Origin: Campylobacter phage CC_R7
Reading direction: 5' to 3' (one strand)
Length of the DNA: 24,000 bases
Sequence record: PQ092953.1
Shown here: one piece after another, positions 1-8,954 of the stretch
Position numbering within the stretch: the first letter of the stretch is position 1
Layout of the letters: the number at the start of each line of letters is the position of its first letter
Notes under the pieces: generated by a model
Seen by the model: only the letters and a program-made list of their open reading frames with translations
What the model was told of the DNA's origin: nothing
The model's database searches: none
Position numbers and translations under genes: made by a program

Positions 1-10
1 AATTTCAAAT

Positions 11-31
11 TATAATATATAATATAATATA
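11..31 (+). promoter_or_regulatory. Putative AT-rich -10 region (overlapping TATAAT motifs) upstream of terminase
   Basis: TATAATATATAATATAATATA upstream of the ATG at 48; similar boxes precede other genes in the window. Confidence 0.35.
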
Positions 32-47
32 ATAAAAAAGATTTAAA

Positions 48-1847
48 ATGTTAAGCAAAGAAGAAATAAAATATTTTCAAACACATAAAAATGAAATAAC
101 AGACGAACTCTTAGAAACTCTAAGATCCCAGGGTAAATTAGGAAAGGCACAAGCCTTAGAAATCTTAGATTTACCTAAAGACTCTGATAACTATTACTTA
201 GATGCGTATAATACGAGAATTAGTTATAATGGGTCTCGTGGTCTTAAAAAAGCTTATACAAAATTAAACTTAAGTCCTATACATATCAGCGAGCTTGAAA
301 AATGTGCGAATGATCCACTTTATTTCTTAAGAAATTATGTTCGAATGACTACCCCAAAGGGGTTTGATTTCGTAGATTCTAGGCCATACCAGGATGAATT
401 TATACAATTACTAAGCGATGATTCTATCGAAAATGTAATATCAATGCAGCCTCGACAGAGCTCAAAATCAACAACCACAAGTGTAAAACTTGCGCATTTA
501 TACTGTTTCAAGAAAGATCTTACCATCGGTATAGTTGCTTATAGTGGTAATTCTGCGCGAGAGTTCTTAGATAAAACAAAGAAAATATTGATAGGTTTGC
601 CAATATGGATGCAACCGGGAACAGTTACGTGGAATAAAGGCTCTATAGAATGTGAAAATAATATACGGATTTTGACGGACGTACCGAGTTCAGATTCTTT
701 TAGGGGATACTCCTGTAATATAATCGTTGTGGATGAATGCGCATATTTAGATCCTGGCGCTTGGATAGATTTCACCGATGGTGTATTGCCATCACAAGCC
801 GGCTTAGCTTTCAAGAAATTAGTTATTTTATCTACACCTAAAGGTAAAAATCATTTTTATGATCTCTGGCAAGGTGCTGGTGATTCTTTAGATACTTCGA
901 TCAATGGATTTATAAAACACAAAGTGGATTGGAGATTAGTTCCAAGATTTAAATCTGATGGAAGTATGTATGATCCTGATGAATTCAAGCAACAACAAAT
1001 TAAAACCAGCGGTTTAGTTGTGTGGAATTCTGCATACGAATGTAAGTTTGAAGGTTCTGCAATGACGTTAATATCTAGTGAAATTTTAGATACTTATAAA
1101 CCCCAAGAACCAATTGAGATTGATAATATTAAAGATTCAAAAATTTTAATATATGAAGAACCAATACCCGGTCACAAATATGTTATGGGTGTCGATACTG
1201 CCAAAGAAGGTGCAGATTTTACTGGTATCCAAATATTTGATACTACAGATTTAAATTTCAGACAAGTGTTATCAGCAAAACTTAAAATAGATTATATGTT
1301 ATTACCAGAATTACTTAATGAATACGGATTAAGGTTCAATCAAGCTTTAATAATTGTAGAAAATAATGAAGGCTCTGGTCAAGTAGTTGCTGATATCCTT
1401 AAAAGGGACTACGAATACGAAAACCTATATTATGATGTCAATAAACAAAAACAAAGATTAAAATACCCGGGATTTAGAACTACAAAATTATCTAGAGATG
1501 TTATTTTACAAACTGTAGCAACACTAGCACAAGCTAGCAAATTAAAATTAGTTGATAAAGAAACTATTAAAGAATTTGGTGTATTCACATTAAACGATAA
1601 TGGTAAGTACCAAGCAGCTGTAGGATATCACGATGATTTGGTAATGTCTTGTTGTTTATGTTTTGGTATTTTTACAAATGTTAAGAATTTTGAAGATATG
1701 AAAGAAATTGTAGATTCTTTAAAAAGTTCCGAAGGAAAAAGTTTTGAGTATCTAACATTTGGTGCTTTTGCAGATGGTTTAGGTACAGAGCCAGATTCTG
1801 ACACTGATAATAAAGATTACAATCTCAGCAATTTGGAATATTATTAA
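48..1847 (+). CDS. terL: Phage terminase large subunit (T4 gp17-like ATPase/nuclease)
   Basis: 599 aa; Walker-A-like QPRQSSKSTT, Walker-B-like NIIVVDECAYLD, coupling motif LVILSTPKG, nuclease-domain VMGVDTAKEGADFTG and CHDDLVMS-like YHDDLVMSCCLCFG. Confidence 0.93.
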   Translation: MLSKEEIKYFQTHKNEITDELLETLRSQGKLGKAQALEILDLPKDSDNYYLDAYNTRISYNGSRGLKKAYTKLNLSPIHISELEKCANDPLYFLRNYVRMTTPKGFDFVDSRPYQDEFIQLLSDDSIENVISMQPRQSSKSTTTSVKLAHLYCFKKDLTIGIVAYSGNSAREFLDKTKKILIGLPIWMQPGTVTWNKGSIECENNIRILTDVPSSDSFRGYSCNIIVVDECAYLDPGAWIDFTDGVLPSQAGLAFKKLVILSTPKGKNHFYDLWQGAGDSLDTSINGFIKHKVDWRLVPRFKSDGSMYDPDEFKQQQIKTSGLVVWNSAYECKFEGSAMTLISSEILDTYKPQEPIEIDNIKDSKILIYEEPIPGHKYVMGVDTAKEGADFTGIQIFDTTDLNFRQVLSAKLKIDYMLLPELLNEYGLRFNQALIIVENNEGSGQVVADILKRDYEYENLYYDVNKQKQRLKYPGFRTTKLSRDVILQTVATLAQASKLKLVDKETIKEFGVFTLNDNGKYQAAVGYHDDLVMSCCLCFGIFTNVKNFEDMKEIVDSLKSSEGKSFEYLTFGAFADGLGTEPDSDTDNKDYNLSNLEYY

Positions 1848-1862
1848 AATTTTGGATTCTGA

Positions 1863-2603
1863 ATGAAAGAATATATTAAATACAACGATAGAAAATTTAT
1901 TTTAACAGCATATAAAGTTAAAACTGAACGAGATTTACTATTAACTGCTAGTTCAGATGATACTGTGTACAGTAAAGATCTAAATGATTTAAACTTAGAT
2001 ATTTACTTAAGGATTTTAGAACCTTATATAGATTCTAGTGTGAATATATATGATTTATATCCAGAAGAAAAATTATTTTTACTTTATAGATTAAGAGCAA
2101 CTTCAGTTTCTGATCAATTATCTTTAAATACCAGGTGTGATTGTGGTTGTACTTTTAAATCTAACATAGATTTGGGTAAAATTGGAGAACTACATAGTAT
2201 TGATACTGTTAAATATCCAGATTTGAAAGACGTTTATAGCCCAAATTTAGCCGATATATACGGGGATTCTTACTTAGAATCTAATATTGTGGATTGTGAT
2301 TCTGAATTAGATATGTATTTAGAAGCTAATACTACTAAATTTAATTTTATTAAAGTTGTTAAATGTTATAATTGCAAGAAAGATCTTGAAATTGATTTAA
2401 CAAACCCAGAAATATATAAAAATATATTTTCAGAGAATCCTATAGGTGAGTTCTACAAAAGTTTAACAAGATTATCATTTCTAGGTAAGTTCACCATAGA
2501 TGGCATTTTAAATGATTTATATCCGTTTGAAAGAGAAATCTTTATAAGTTTAATAAATGATGAAGTAGAAGAACAAAATAAAGCACTTAAAAAACAATCT
2601 TAG
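1863..2603 (+). CDS. T4-like baseplate hub subunit/assembly protein with two zinc knuckles (gp26/gp51-like)
   Basis: 246 aa; CDCGC and CYNC knuckles flanking a central region; same architecture as ORF 12288-12965; starts just after terL. Confidence 0.5.
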   Translation: MKEYIKYNDRKFILTAYKVKTERDLLLTASSDDTVYSKDLNDLNLDIYLRILEPYIDSSVNIYDLYPEEKLFLLYRLRATSVSDQLSLNTRCDCGCTFKSNIDLGKIGELHSIDTVKYPDLKDVYSPNLADIYGDSYLESNIVDCDSELDMYLEANTTKFNFIKVVKCYNCKKDLEIDLTNPEIYKNIFSENPIGEFYKSLTRLSFLGKFTIDGILNDLYPFEREIFISLINDEVEEQNKALKKQS

Positions 2604-2617
2604 TCTTTTAAGTGCTT
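2581..2617. terminator. Probable bidirectional terminator between convergent genes
   Basis: Perfect 12-bp inverted repeat AAGCACTTAAAA ... TTTTAAGTGCTT between two convergent ORFs (3' ends at 2603 and 2626). Confidence 0.5.
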
Positions 2618-2625
2618 AGTTCGAG

Positions 2626-3057
2626 TTACTTTATATCGTTTTTATCTAAACTATCCTTAATACTTTCATTGATTTCGGCAGTTATTTCAGATTTTAATAC
2701 ATCCTTGACTTCTGACTTAACTTCACTTTTAACTTCATGTTTTACCTCATCCTTAATATCATTCTTAATACTTTCAGCAAGTTTAGCTAAATCTTTATTT
2801 TTTTGGTTTTCTTTGATTTTATCAATAATAACTTCTGGTTTTTTAGAGCAACCAATTAAACTACCATTAAGATCTTGTTGTGGCGTTACATAATTTCCTG
2901 ACGATAAGTATAAAACACCGTCTACACAAACTTGATTAATTTTGGAATCCGAAGTTCCACGAACTTCTTTGCCTGTTTTATCACTGGAATAATCAGACCC
3001 ACACCCCATTACAAACAAAGTTGCCAAAGCTACAACAAAATATTTTAGATTCTTCAT
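2626..3057 (-). CDS. Small lipoprotein with charged, Lys/Glu-rich helical tail
   Basis: 143 aa; signal peptide and lipobox (LFVMGC-GS), RBS-like AAGAGG upstream of ATG; low-complexity KDEVKHEVKSEVKSEVKDVLKSE tail. Confidence 0.65.
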   Translation of the reverse strand: MKNLKYFVVALATLFVMGCGSDYSSDKTGKEVRGTSDSKINQVCVDGVLYLSSGNYVTPQQDLNGSLIGCSKKPEVIIDKIKENQKNKDLAKLAESIKNDIKDEVKHEVKSEVKSEVKDVLKSEITAEINESIKDSLDKNDIK

Positions 3058-3140
3058 AGATCCTCTTTTAACATTATTTATACTTTTATGATTTTTGATT
3101 TAAAACTTTAGTTTTGAATTAAGAATTTTTTAAGATATTC

Positions 3141-3151
3141 TATAATATAAT
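3141..3151 (+). promoter_or_regulatory. Putative -10 box upstream of ORF 3171
   Basis: TTTTTTAAGATATTC then TATAATATAAT, then AAAGGAG RBS before ATG 3171. Confidence 0.4.
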
Positions 3152-3170
3152 ATTATAAAGGAGTTTAAAA

Positions 3171-3359
3171 ATGAAAGAATTTTTTTATAATTTAATAGCG
3201 CAAATCAAAGGGCTTAAAATACATAAAAATGAAAAAGATACTTGGTATTTAAAATGGGATTTAAGTACTGGATATTATATAGAAGGTTTAAATACTAAAC
3301 GTAGATTATATTGTGGTGGATATTCTGATAGTTTAAACAAATTAAAATATTTGTATTGA
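3171..3359 (+). CDS. Small hypothetical protein (62 aa)
   Basis: Strong RBS AAAGGAG upstream; promoter-like box; intact ORF. Confidence 0.6.
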   Translation: MKEFFYNLIAQIKGLKIHKNEKDTWYLKWDLSTGYYIEGLNTKRRLYCGGYSDSLNKLKYLY

Positions 3360-3398
3360 AGTTTTGTATTGAAGTTTTGTATTGAAGCTTTGTATTAA
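3347..3398 (+). repeat. 13-bp tandem repeat (about 4 units, GTTTTGTATTGAA)
   Basis: Direct reading: tttgtattgaa/gttttgtattgaa/gttttgtattgaa/gctttgtattaa; the first unit contains the stop of ORF 3171-3359. Confidence 0.8.
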
Positions 3399-3433
3399 TT
3401 CGAATACTTAAAATGTTAAGATACTTTTAAGAT

Positions 3434-3600
3434 ATCAACTAAACTATCATAAAATCTTATAAAGAACTATAAAAATTCTTTACATTTTTAATAGTTTTTC
3501 TTGCTTCATTGTCCTTCTCTAGAGAATCTAGAGTTGTTTAAGAACTCCACAAGCTTTAATTTTTTAAAGAGGTTCCTGTAGTTGCTACAGTAGCCTCTAT
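3434..3600 (-). ncRNA. Candidate TnpB right-end (omega) RNA region, including hairpin CTCTAGA-TTC-TCTAGAG at 3517-3533
   Basis: Region downstream of and overlapping the tnpB 3' end is conserved in the second copy; 7-bp stem conserved, 3-nt loop changed. Confidence 0.45.
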
Positions 3601-4770
3601 TTGTTTTAATCCTACATTTAATATATTTATACTAGCATTTAAATCTCTATCAATTGTAAAACCGCATTCATTACAATTATAGGTTCGTTCAGATAAACTT
3701 AAATTTTCTTTAATACAACCACAATTAGAACAGGTTTTACTACTAGGATAATAAGTATCAATTTTAATTAAACAGCCTTGGTTTTCGGTTATCTTGTATT
3801 CCAACTTACTTACAAAAGAACACCAACTAACATCGCTTATATACTTAGCTAGTTTTTTGTTCTTAACCATATTCTTGACTTTTAAAGTCTCAAGACAAAT
3901 AGTTCTATACTGATTGACTAACTCTCTTGAAACTTTATGTTGGTAGTCATTTCTTTGGTTCTTTACTTTTTTATGGAGTTTGCTTATTTTTAACTTTGCT
4001 TTTTCTCTGTTATTAGAACCCTTTTGCTTTCTACAAAGACTTCTTTGAGAAATCTTAAGTTTTCTTAAAGATTTTTCAAGAAATCTTTTATTTTCATAAA
4101 CTACACCATCACTACAAATACAAAAATCTTTGATTCCAAGGTCTATACCGACAACTTCGCTTGTTTCTTTACTTTCTATATTACAATGAAAGGTGAAAGA
4201 GATATAATATTTGTTATTTTCTTTTGAAATAGTAAATCCAGTCACCTTATTAAAATTATATTTTATTTTATGTCTCTTAAATCTTATCTTTAAGTCGTCT
4301 TTTGTATAGCTAGAACCCTTTGGCTTTATTAAAGATATATAATCTCCATCTATTTTTATTCTACAACCAGCATAACAATTGAAGCTTTGAATATTATTCT
4401 TTTTAGCTTTAAATCTAGGATAATTCATTGTTCTATAGAAATTATTAAAACCCCTGCTCAAATTTTTCATTACTGCTTGAGCATAATCGTTTGGAAGTAA
4501 AGATAAAAAGCTATAGTCTTCTTTTAATTTAGGTATAGATTTATTCAAATCAAATTCAGTAGGAATTTTAGGAACTATATTACCTTTATTTTTACCATTT
4601 TGAATTTCATAAATTCCAAACTTTGATTGTTTTATGTTGTATAATGATATATTATAGATAGCTCTAGATAACCCAAAGAATGATTCGAGTATTTCTTTTT
4701 GTTTAATACTAGGCTTTAAAACGAATTTAACACTTCTAACAGTGTTATAAATATTTTTAGTTTTATTCAT
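3556..4770 (-). CDS. tnpB: RNA-guided endonuclease TnpB (IS605 OrfB family)
   Basis: 404 aa; RuvC motifs GIDLGIKDF, ICLETLKVKN, DRDLNASINI; zinc finger CSNCGC...CNECG. Confidence 0.95.
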   Translation of the reverse strand: MNKTKNIYNTVRSVKFVLKPSIKQKEILESFFGLSRAIYNISLYNIKQSKFGIYEIQNGKNKGNIVPKIPTEFDLNKSIPKLKEDYSFLSLLPNDYAQAVMKNLSRGFNNFYRTMNYPRFKAKKNNIQSFNCYAGCRIKIDGDYISLIKPKGSSYTKDDLKIRFKRHKIKYNFNKVTGFTISKENNKYYISFTFHCNIESKETSEVVGIDLGIKDFCICSDGVVYENKRFLEKSLRKLKISQRSLCRKQKGSNNREKAKLKISKLHKKVKNQRNDYQHKVSRELVNQYRTICLETLKVKNMVKNKKLAKYISDVSWCSFVSKLEYKITENQGCLIKIDTYYPSSKTCSNCGCIKENLSLSERTYNCNECGFTIDRDLNASINILNVGLKQIEATVATTGTSLKN

Positions 4771-5010
4771 AACTACACTTATGTTTAAAATTAGAGATTT
4801 AAAGAAACTCCAATTTCTTTACTTCTCGTTTTATTATATTTATACTTCAAAACTTTCAATCTTTAAAATATTAAAATACAAATACAATTTTTATGTTTAT
4901 TTATATAATTTAATAATCTTAAGTAACTTTTAAGTTAGAAAAGTATATAATAAACAATATAAAATTACATTTATTTATATAATTTTATATAAAGGTATTT
5001 TATTTTATAA

Positions 5011-5016
5011 TATAAT
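5011..5016 (+). promoter_or_regulatory. Putative -10 box (TATAAT) for topoisomerase gene, directly next to the IS left end
   Basis: TATAAT at 5011-5016, AAAGGAG RBS at 5022-5028, ATG at 5034. Confidence 0.35.
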
Positions 5017-5033
5017 ATCACAAAGGAGATATA

Positions 5034-6545
5034 ATGATCAAAAAATTAACCGATAGAGAACACATTCTAAAAAGACCTAGTATGTACATAGGTGCTATCG
5101 ATTCTACAAATACTGAAGATTTTATTATAGAATCTGGTAAAATTAAATATACTACTTTAAATTACGCACCTGGCTTAATTAAAATAATCAATGAGATTAT
5201 TGACAATTCAGTAGATGCTGCGATTAGATCTAAGTTTAAATCTGGCTTAAATATAAGTGTTAAAATATCCGATGATACTGTTAGTATTGAAGATGACGGA
5301 ACTGGTATACCAGTAATAAAATCAGGCGATCACTATATGCCAGAATTAGCTTGGAATCATGCTAAAGCAGGTTCTAACTTCGATGATGATACTAATCGTG
5401 TAACAATAGGTACCAACGGAGTTGGAAGTTATTGTACAAATGTTTGGAGTACTAATTTTAAAGGTATTACAGACGACGGCAAAAAAAGATATATTTTTAA
5501 ATCTAAAAATAATGCTGAGACTTATAGTGAAAGTATAGAAGCTTCTAAAAAATCAGGAACTTTAGTAGAATTTAAACCAGATTTAGAAAGATTTAATCTT
5601 AAAGAAATTGACGAAACTCATAAGAATATAATCTATCAAAGATTATTAAACTTAGCTATTTGTTACCCAGAAATTAATTTCAAGTTTAATTCTAAGAAAA
5701 TAGATTTTAAATCTTTTAAGAATTATTTAAATATGTTTAGCTCAGATTTTGAGTTATATGAAAATCAAAATATTAAAATTGGTATAATCCCAAATGAATT
5801 GGACGATTTCAAACAATTTAGTTTTGTTAATGGTTTAAAAATACCAGACGGTGGTGTTCACATAGATACTATTATGAATAACGTAGTTCAGGGTATAAGA
5901 GACAAATTGATTAAAAAATATAAAAGTATTAAACCTGGCGATATTAAAAATAAATTAATGATTGTTTGTTTCATTAATGGAATGCCAAATCTTAAATTTA
6001 ATTCACAATCTAAAGAAAAAATTACAAACTCAGTAAAAGAATTTAACGACTTCTCTAATATAGATTATAGCTTCGTCAATAAAATTCTTAAAAATAAATC
6101 TATTATAGATCCTATTATAGACATTTATAAAGTTAAAGAAGCTTTAAATGCGGATAAAGCCCTTAAGAGTGTAGAAAAATCTAAGAAGTTAAAATCAGAA
6201 AAATATTTTAGAGCAACAAAAAGTCAAAAATATCTTTGTATTTGTGAAGGATTTTCCGCTTACGGTGGTATATCCCAAGTTCTTGGAAATGAACATACGA
6301 GCTTCTACGTTCTTAAAGGTAAACCATTAAATTCTTGGGATGTTACCAATCAAAAATTTGCAGCCAATCGTGAATTATCTGAATTATATCAAATACTTTC
6401 TGAGAATGCAGAATTTGAGGATTTAAAAGACGGCAAGTTTTACGAAGTTATAATTGATGGCAAAACATATATTATGAATGAAAATGATACAATTGAAATT
6501 AATAATATTAAATATAATTTCAAAGATCTGCAAAAAGGATTGTAA
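5034..6545 (+). CDS. DNA topoisomerase II large subunit, N-terminal part (T4 gp39-like)
   Basis: 503 aa; GHKL ATPase motifs EIIDNSVDAA, DDGTGIPV, GTNGVGSYCTNVWS; TOPRIM start LCICEGFSAYGG; ends before the TOPRIM DxD motif, as in T4 gp39 (split from gp60). Confidence 0.85.
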   Translation: MIKKLTDREHILKRPSMYIGAIDSTNTEDFIIESGKIKYTTLNYAPGLIKIINEIIDNSVDAAIRSKFKSGLNISVKISDDTVSIEDDGTGIPVIKSGDHYMPELAWNHAKAGSNFDDDTNRVTIGTNGVGSYCTNVWSTNFKGITDDGKKRYIFKSKNNAETYSESIEASKKSGTLVEFKPDLERFNLKEIDETHKNIIYQRLLNLAICYPEINFKFNSKKIDFKSFKNYLNMFSSDFELYENQNIKIGIIPNELDDFKQFSFVNGLKIPDGGVHIDTIMNNVVQGIRDKLIKKYKSIKPGDIKNKLMIVCFINGMPNLKFNSQSKEKITNSVKEFNDFSNIDYSFVNKILKNKSIIDPIIDIYKVKEALNADKALKSVEKSKKLKSEKYFRATKSQKYLCICEGFSAYGGISQVLGNEHTSFYVLKGKPLNSWDVTNQKFAANRELSELYQILSENAEFEDLKDGKFYEVIIDGKTYIMNENDTIEINNIKYNFKDLQKGL

Positions 6546-7081
6546 TGAGACCAATCAGAATAGCAATTTCAGGAGCTCAATGTTCTGGCAAAACTACATT
6601 AATTAATTTAATGAAGAAACATAGTTATTTTAAGAATTTTGATTTTATAGAATCATTTTCTAATAAAATAGCTAAAACAAGCAAGAAACACTCAGAAAAT
6701 ACAAACTTAGTAACACAGTTACAAATGTTGTATTATAGTATCAATGCTTTGAAAAATATAAATGTCCCAACTATACACGATAGGTGTATTTTGGATGTTA
6801 TAGTATATACAGGTATTAACAAAGACATCGATTTAAAATTATTCACAGATTCTTTAATAAAATATTATAAACAGTTTGATTTTATTTTTGTTTTAGATTC
6901 TGAAAATATACCATTAGAATCAAATGGTATTAGATCAATAGATCCTGAATTTAGATCTAAAATAAACAATATTTTTAGGAGGGTTGATTTGGAAAACGTT
7001 ATTCACTTAGATTCTAAATTAGACCCGGATTCTAGGATATTAAAAATAACCGAAGCTATAAAATCTAAAACTAATCAATAG
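6545..7081 (+). CDS. P-loop AAA/NadR-type kinase (possible nucleotide kinase)
   Basis: 178 aa; Walker A GAQCSGKTT near the N-terminus, IHDRC motif; start overlaps the preceding stop. Confidence 0.6.
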   Translation: MRPIRIAISGAQCSGKTTLINLMKKHSYFKNFDFIESFSNKIAKTSKKHSENTNLVTQLQMLYYSINALKNINVPTIHDRCILDVIVYTGINKDIDLKLFTDSLIKYYKQFDFIFVLDSENIPLESNGIRSIDPEFRSKINNIFRRVDLENVIHLDSKLDPDSRILKITEAIKSKTNQ

Positions 7082-7089
7082 GAGAAACA

Positions 7090-7548
7090 ATGGATTTAAA
7101 TCTTTACATACACAAAACAAACGAAGCTGCGGCAATACCGGAAATTGCTTATAATGGGACTTCAGCAGCATTTGATATTACTTGTACTGAAACAACTGAA
7201 ATTAAACCAGGAGAATCAAAAGTAGTCCCAAACGGATTAAGAATTTCAATCGATGAAAAAGATCCTTTTTATATGACAGTACATTTAAGAAGTTCTTTAG
7301 GTTTCAAAAAAGATCTAATCCCACATATTGGCATCATTGATGCTGGTTATACTGGTGATTTTGGAGTTAAAATTAATAATATTGGTAAAGAACCTATAGT
7401 TATTGAAAAAGGATCTCGTTACGCGCAAGTTTTAATTCATAGAAAATATAGTTTTAAGTTCGTTGAACTTAATGATTCTGAATTCAAGGATTTTGAAGCT
7501 AAGCAAGAAAGAGGTTCCAAAGGATTTGGGTCAAGTAACAAATCTTGA
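7090..7548 (+). CDS. dut: dUTPase (trimeric type)
   Basis: 152 aa; motifs RSSLGFK, GIIDAGYTGDFGVKINNIG, KGSRYAQVLI, C-terminal RGSKGFGSS. Confidence 0.93.
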   Translation: MDLNLYIHKTNEAAAIPEIAYNGTSAAFDITCTETTEIKPGESKVVPNGLRISIDEKDPFYMTVHLRSSLGFKKDLIPHIGIIDAGYTGDFGVKINNIGKEPIVIEKGSRYAQVLIHRKYSFKFVELNDSEFKDFEAKQERGSKGFGSSNKS

Positions 7549-7567
7549 TTTTAATAAGGATTTAAGT

Positions 7568-7810
7568 ATGAATACAATAAAATTTTATCATAGACAAAAG
7601 GAATATATAGTTCAATCTCAAAATATTAATCAACATACATTTAATAAGAACTATAATAAAGTTCTAGCATTATTAAATGAAAATGAAATTAAATCTATTA
7701 ATGAATGTGAATTAATACCAGCTGGTAAAACTGATATTTTAAAATTATCTGCAATGGGTAGTGATGGGTTGATACAAGAGTTTGAATTAAGATTAGAAAA
7801 CGTTTATTAA
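7568..7810 (+). CDS. Small hypothetical protein (start preferred at internal ATG)
   Basis: In-frame ATG at 7568 follows the dut stop; the longer version from 7463 would overlap dut by 86 nt. Confidence 0.55.
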   Translation: MNTIKFYHRQKEYIVQSQNINQHTFNKNYNKVLALLNENEIKSINECELIPAGKTDILKLSAMGSDGLIQEFELRLENVY

Positions 7811-7822
7811 TAGGAGATATAG

Positions 7823-8896
7823 GTGTTAGACTTTGTTGATATTAAGTATTTTAAGTTAGCTGTTCCTGGGCCTTATAAAGAAAGTTCTTTGGATATTGCT
7901 GTTAAATGTCCGATTTGCGGAGACTCAAAATATAAAAAATCTGTTAAAAGACTACACCTATATGAAAAACAAGGAGTTACTTTAGTCCATTGTTTTAATG
8001 GTGATTGTGAGTTAAATACACAAATGGGTTTAAGTAATTTCTTAAAGATTTATAAACCGGAATTATTATTACCATATAAATCAGAGAATTTTAAATTTAA
8101 AATTAATTCAATTGATACTAGCAATAATATAGAAACTAAAAATGAAGTAGAGACTATGAAGTCTTGCTTTGATTCTGGTTCTAATATTTCTAATAATACT
8201 AGTATTGAAAGCAAGCCTAGAGATTCTGACACTGAAAGCAAGCCCAGTATAGAAAGTAACGCCAACAGTGAATTTAAATACATTAACTTAACTTCAGTAT
8301 TAGATACTAACACAAGTAAACAAATTGAGTTCTTAAAATCTCGAGGTTTTAATGATGATACTATCAGCTTCTTAGATTTTTATAATGGTACTAAATCATT
8401 TAATTTAAATGGTGTTTATTATGGCATTAAAGATTATCTCGTAATCCCGTTTTCCAAAGATTCAAATTATTACGGGTTCTATGCAAGATCTTTGACTGAA
8501 AAAAGATTTATTAATTTTACATTGAATCAAAATTATGGAGTTTGGAATCTATTTAATGTTGATTTAAATAAACCAGTTTTTATATTTGAAGCTATTCTCG
8601 ATGCTTTGTCTTTTAGACAAATATACAGGACTAATCAAATAATAGCTTTAAATACTTCTACAATAGCAAAGAATGTTTTAGATTTAATAAAGTATCCTTT
8701 CTTTTGTTTAGATAACGACAAAGTTGGAATTGAAAAAATGATAAAATATAATTCAATACAAAATAGTCATTTTATATGTTATCCAAATGATTTAAAACAA
8801 AAAGATTTTAATGAAATGCTTCAAAATAATATTAAAATAGAACTTGCTTTCAAAAAAGGTTTTAATGCTTTGTTGCATTTAAAATCTTTGTTATGA
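7823..8896 (+). CDS. DNA primase-like protein (zinc-binding plus TOPRIM-like domain; T4 gp61-like)
   Basis: GTG start; zinc motif CPICGDSKYKK...HCFNGDC; TOPRIM-like VFIFEAILDALSF and PFFCLDNDKVG; Ser/Glu-rich linker. Confidence 0.7.
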   Translation: MLDFVDIKYFKLAVPGPYKESSLDIAVKCPICGDSKYKKSVKRLHLYEKQGVTLVHCFNGDCELNTQMGLSNFLKIYKPELLLPYKSENFKFKINSIDTSNNIETKNEVETMKSCFDSGSNISNNTSIESKPRDSDTESKPSIESNANSEFKYINLTSVLDTNTSKQIEFLKSRGFNDDTISFLDFYNGTKSFNLNGVYYGIKDYLVIPFSKDSNYYGFYARSLTEKRFINFTLNQNYGVWNLFNVDLNKPVFIFEAILDALSFRQIYRTNQIIALNTSTIAKNVLDLIKYPFFCLDNDKVGIEKMIKYNSIQNSHFICYPNDLKQKDFNEMLQNNIKIELAFKKGFNALLHLKSLL

Positions 8897-8954
8897 CTTT
8901 AATTGTAAATTAAGATATAATATACTATAATTAAAAAAATACTAAAGGAGTTCA

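Larger units (their letters stand above)
3433..5008 (-). mobile_element. IS200/IS605-family TnpB-only element (full length, no tnpA)
   Basis: Boundaries inferred by comparing with the second copy at 21088-22073: left ends match to 5008 and right ends match to 3433. Confidence 0.75.

Noticed and set aside
335-1000. Minus-strand ORFs 335-526 and 539-814
   Set aside because: Antisense to a strongly conserved terminase gene, with no independent coding signals.
2612-2893. Plus-strand ORF (93 aa) overlapping the lipoprotein gene
   Set aside because: Ser/Leu-rich translation is the antisense of the Lys/Glu-rich lipoprotein; the minus-strand gene has a signal peptide and RBS.
7463-7567. Extended start of the small ORF overlapping dut
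   Set aside because: Would overlap the end of the dut gene; ATG at 7568, after the dut stop, is a simpler start.
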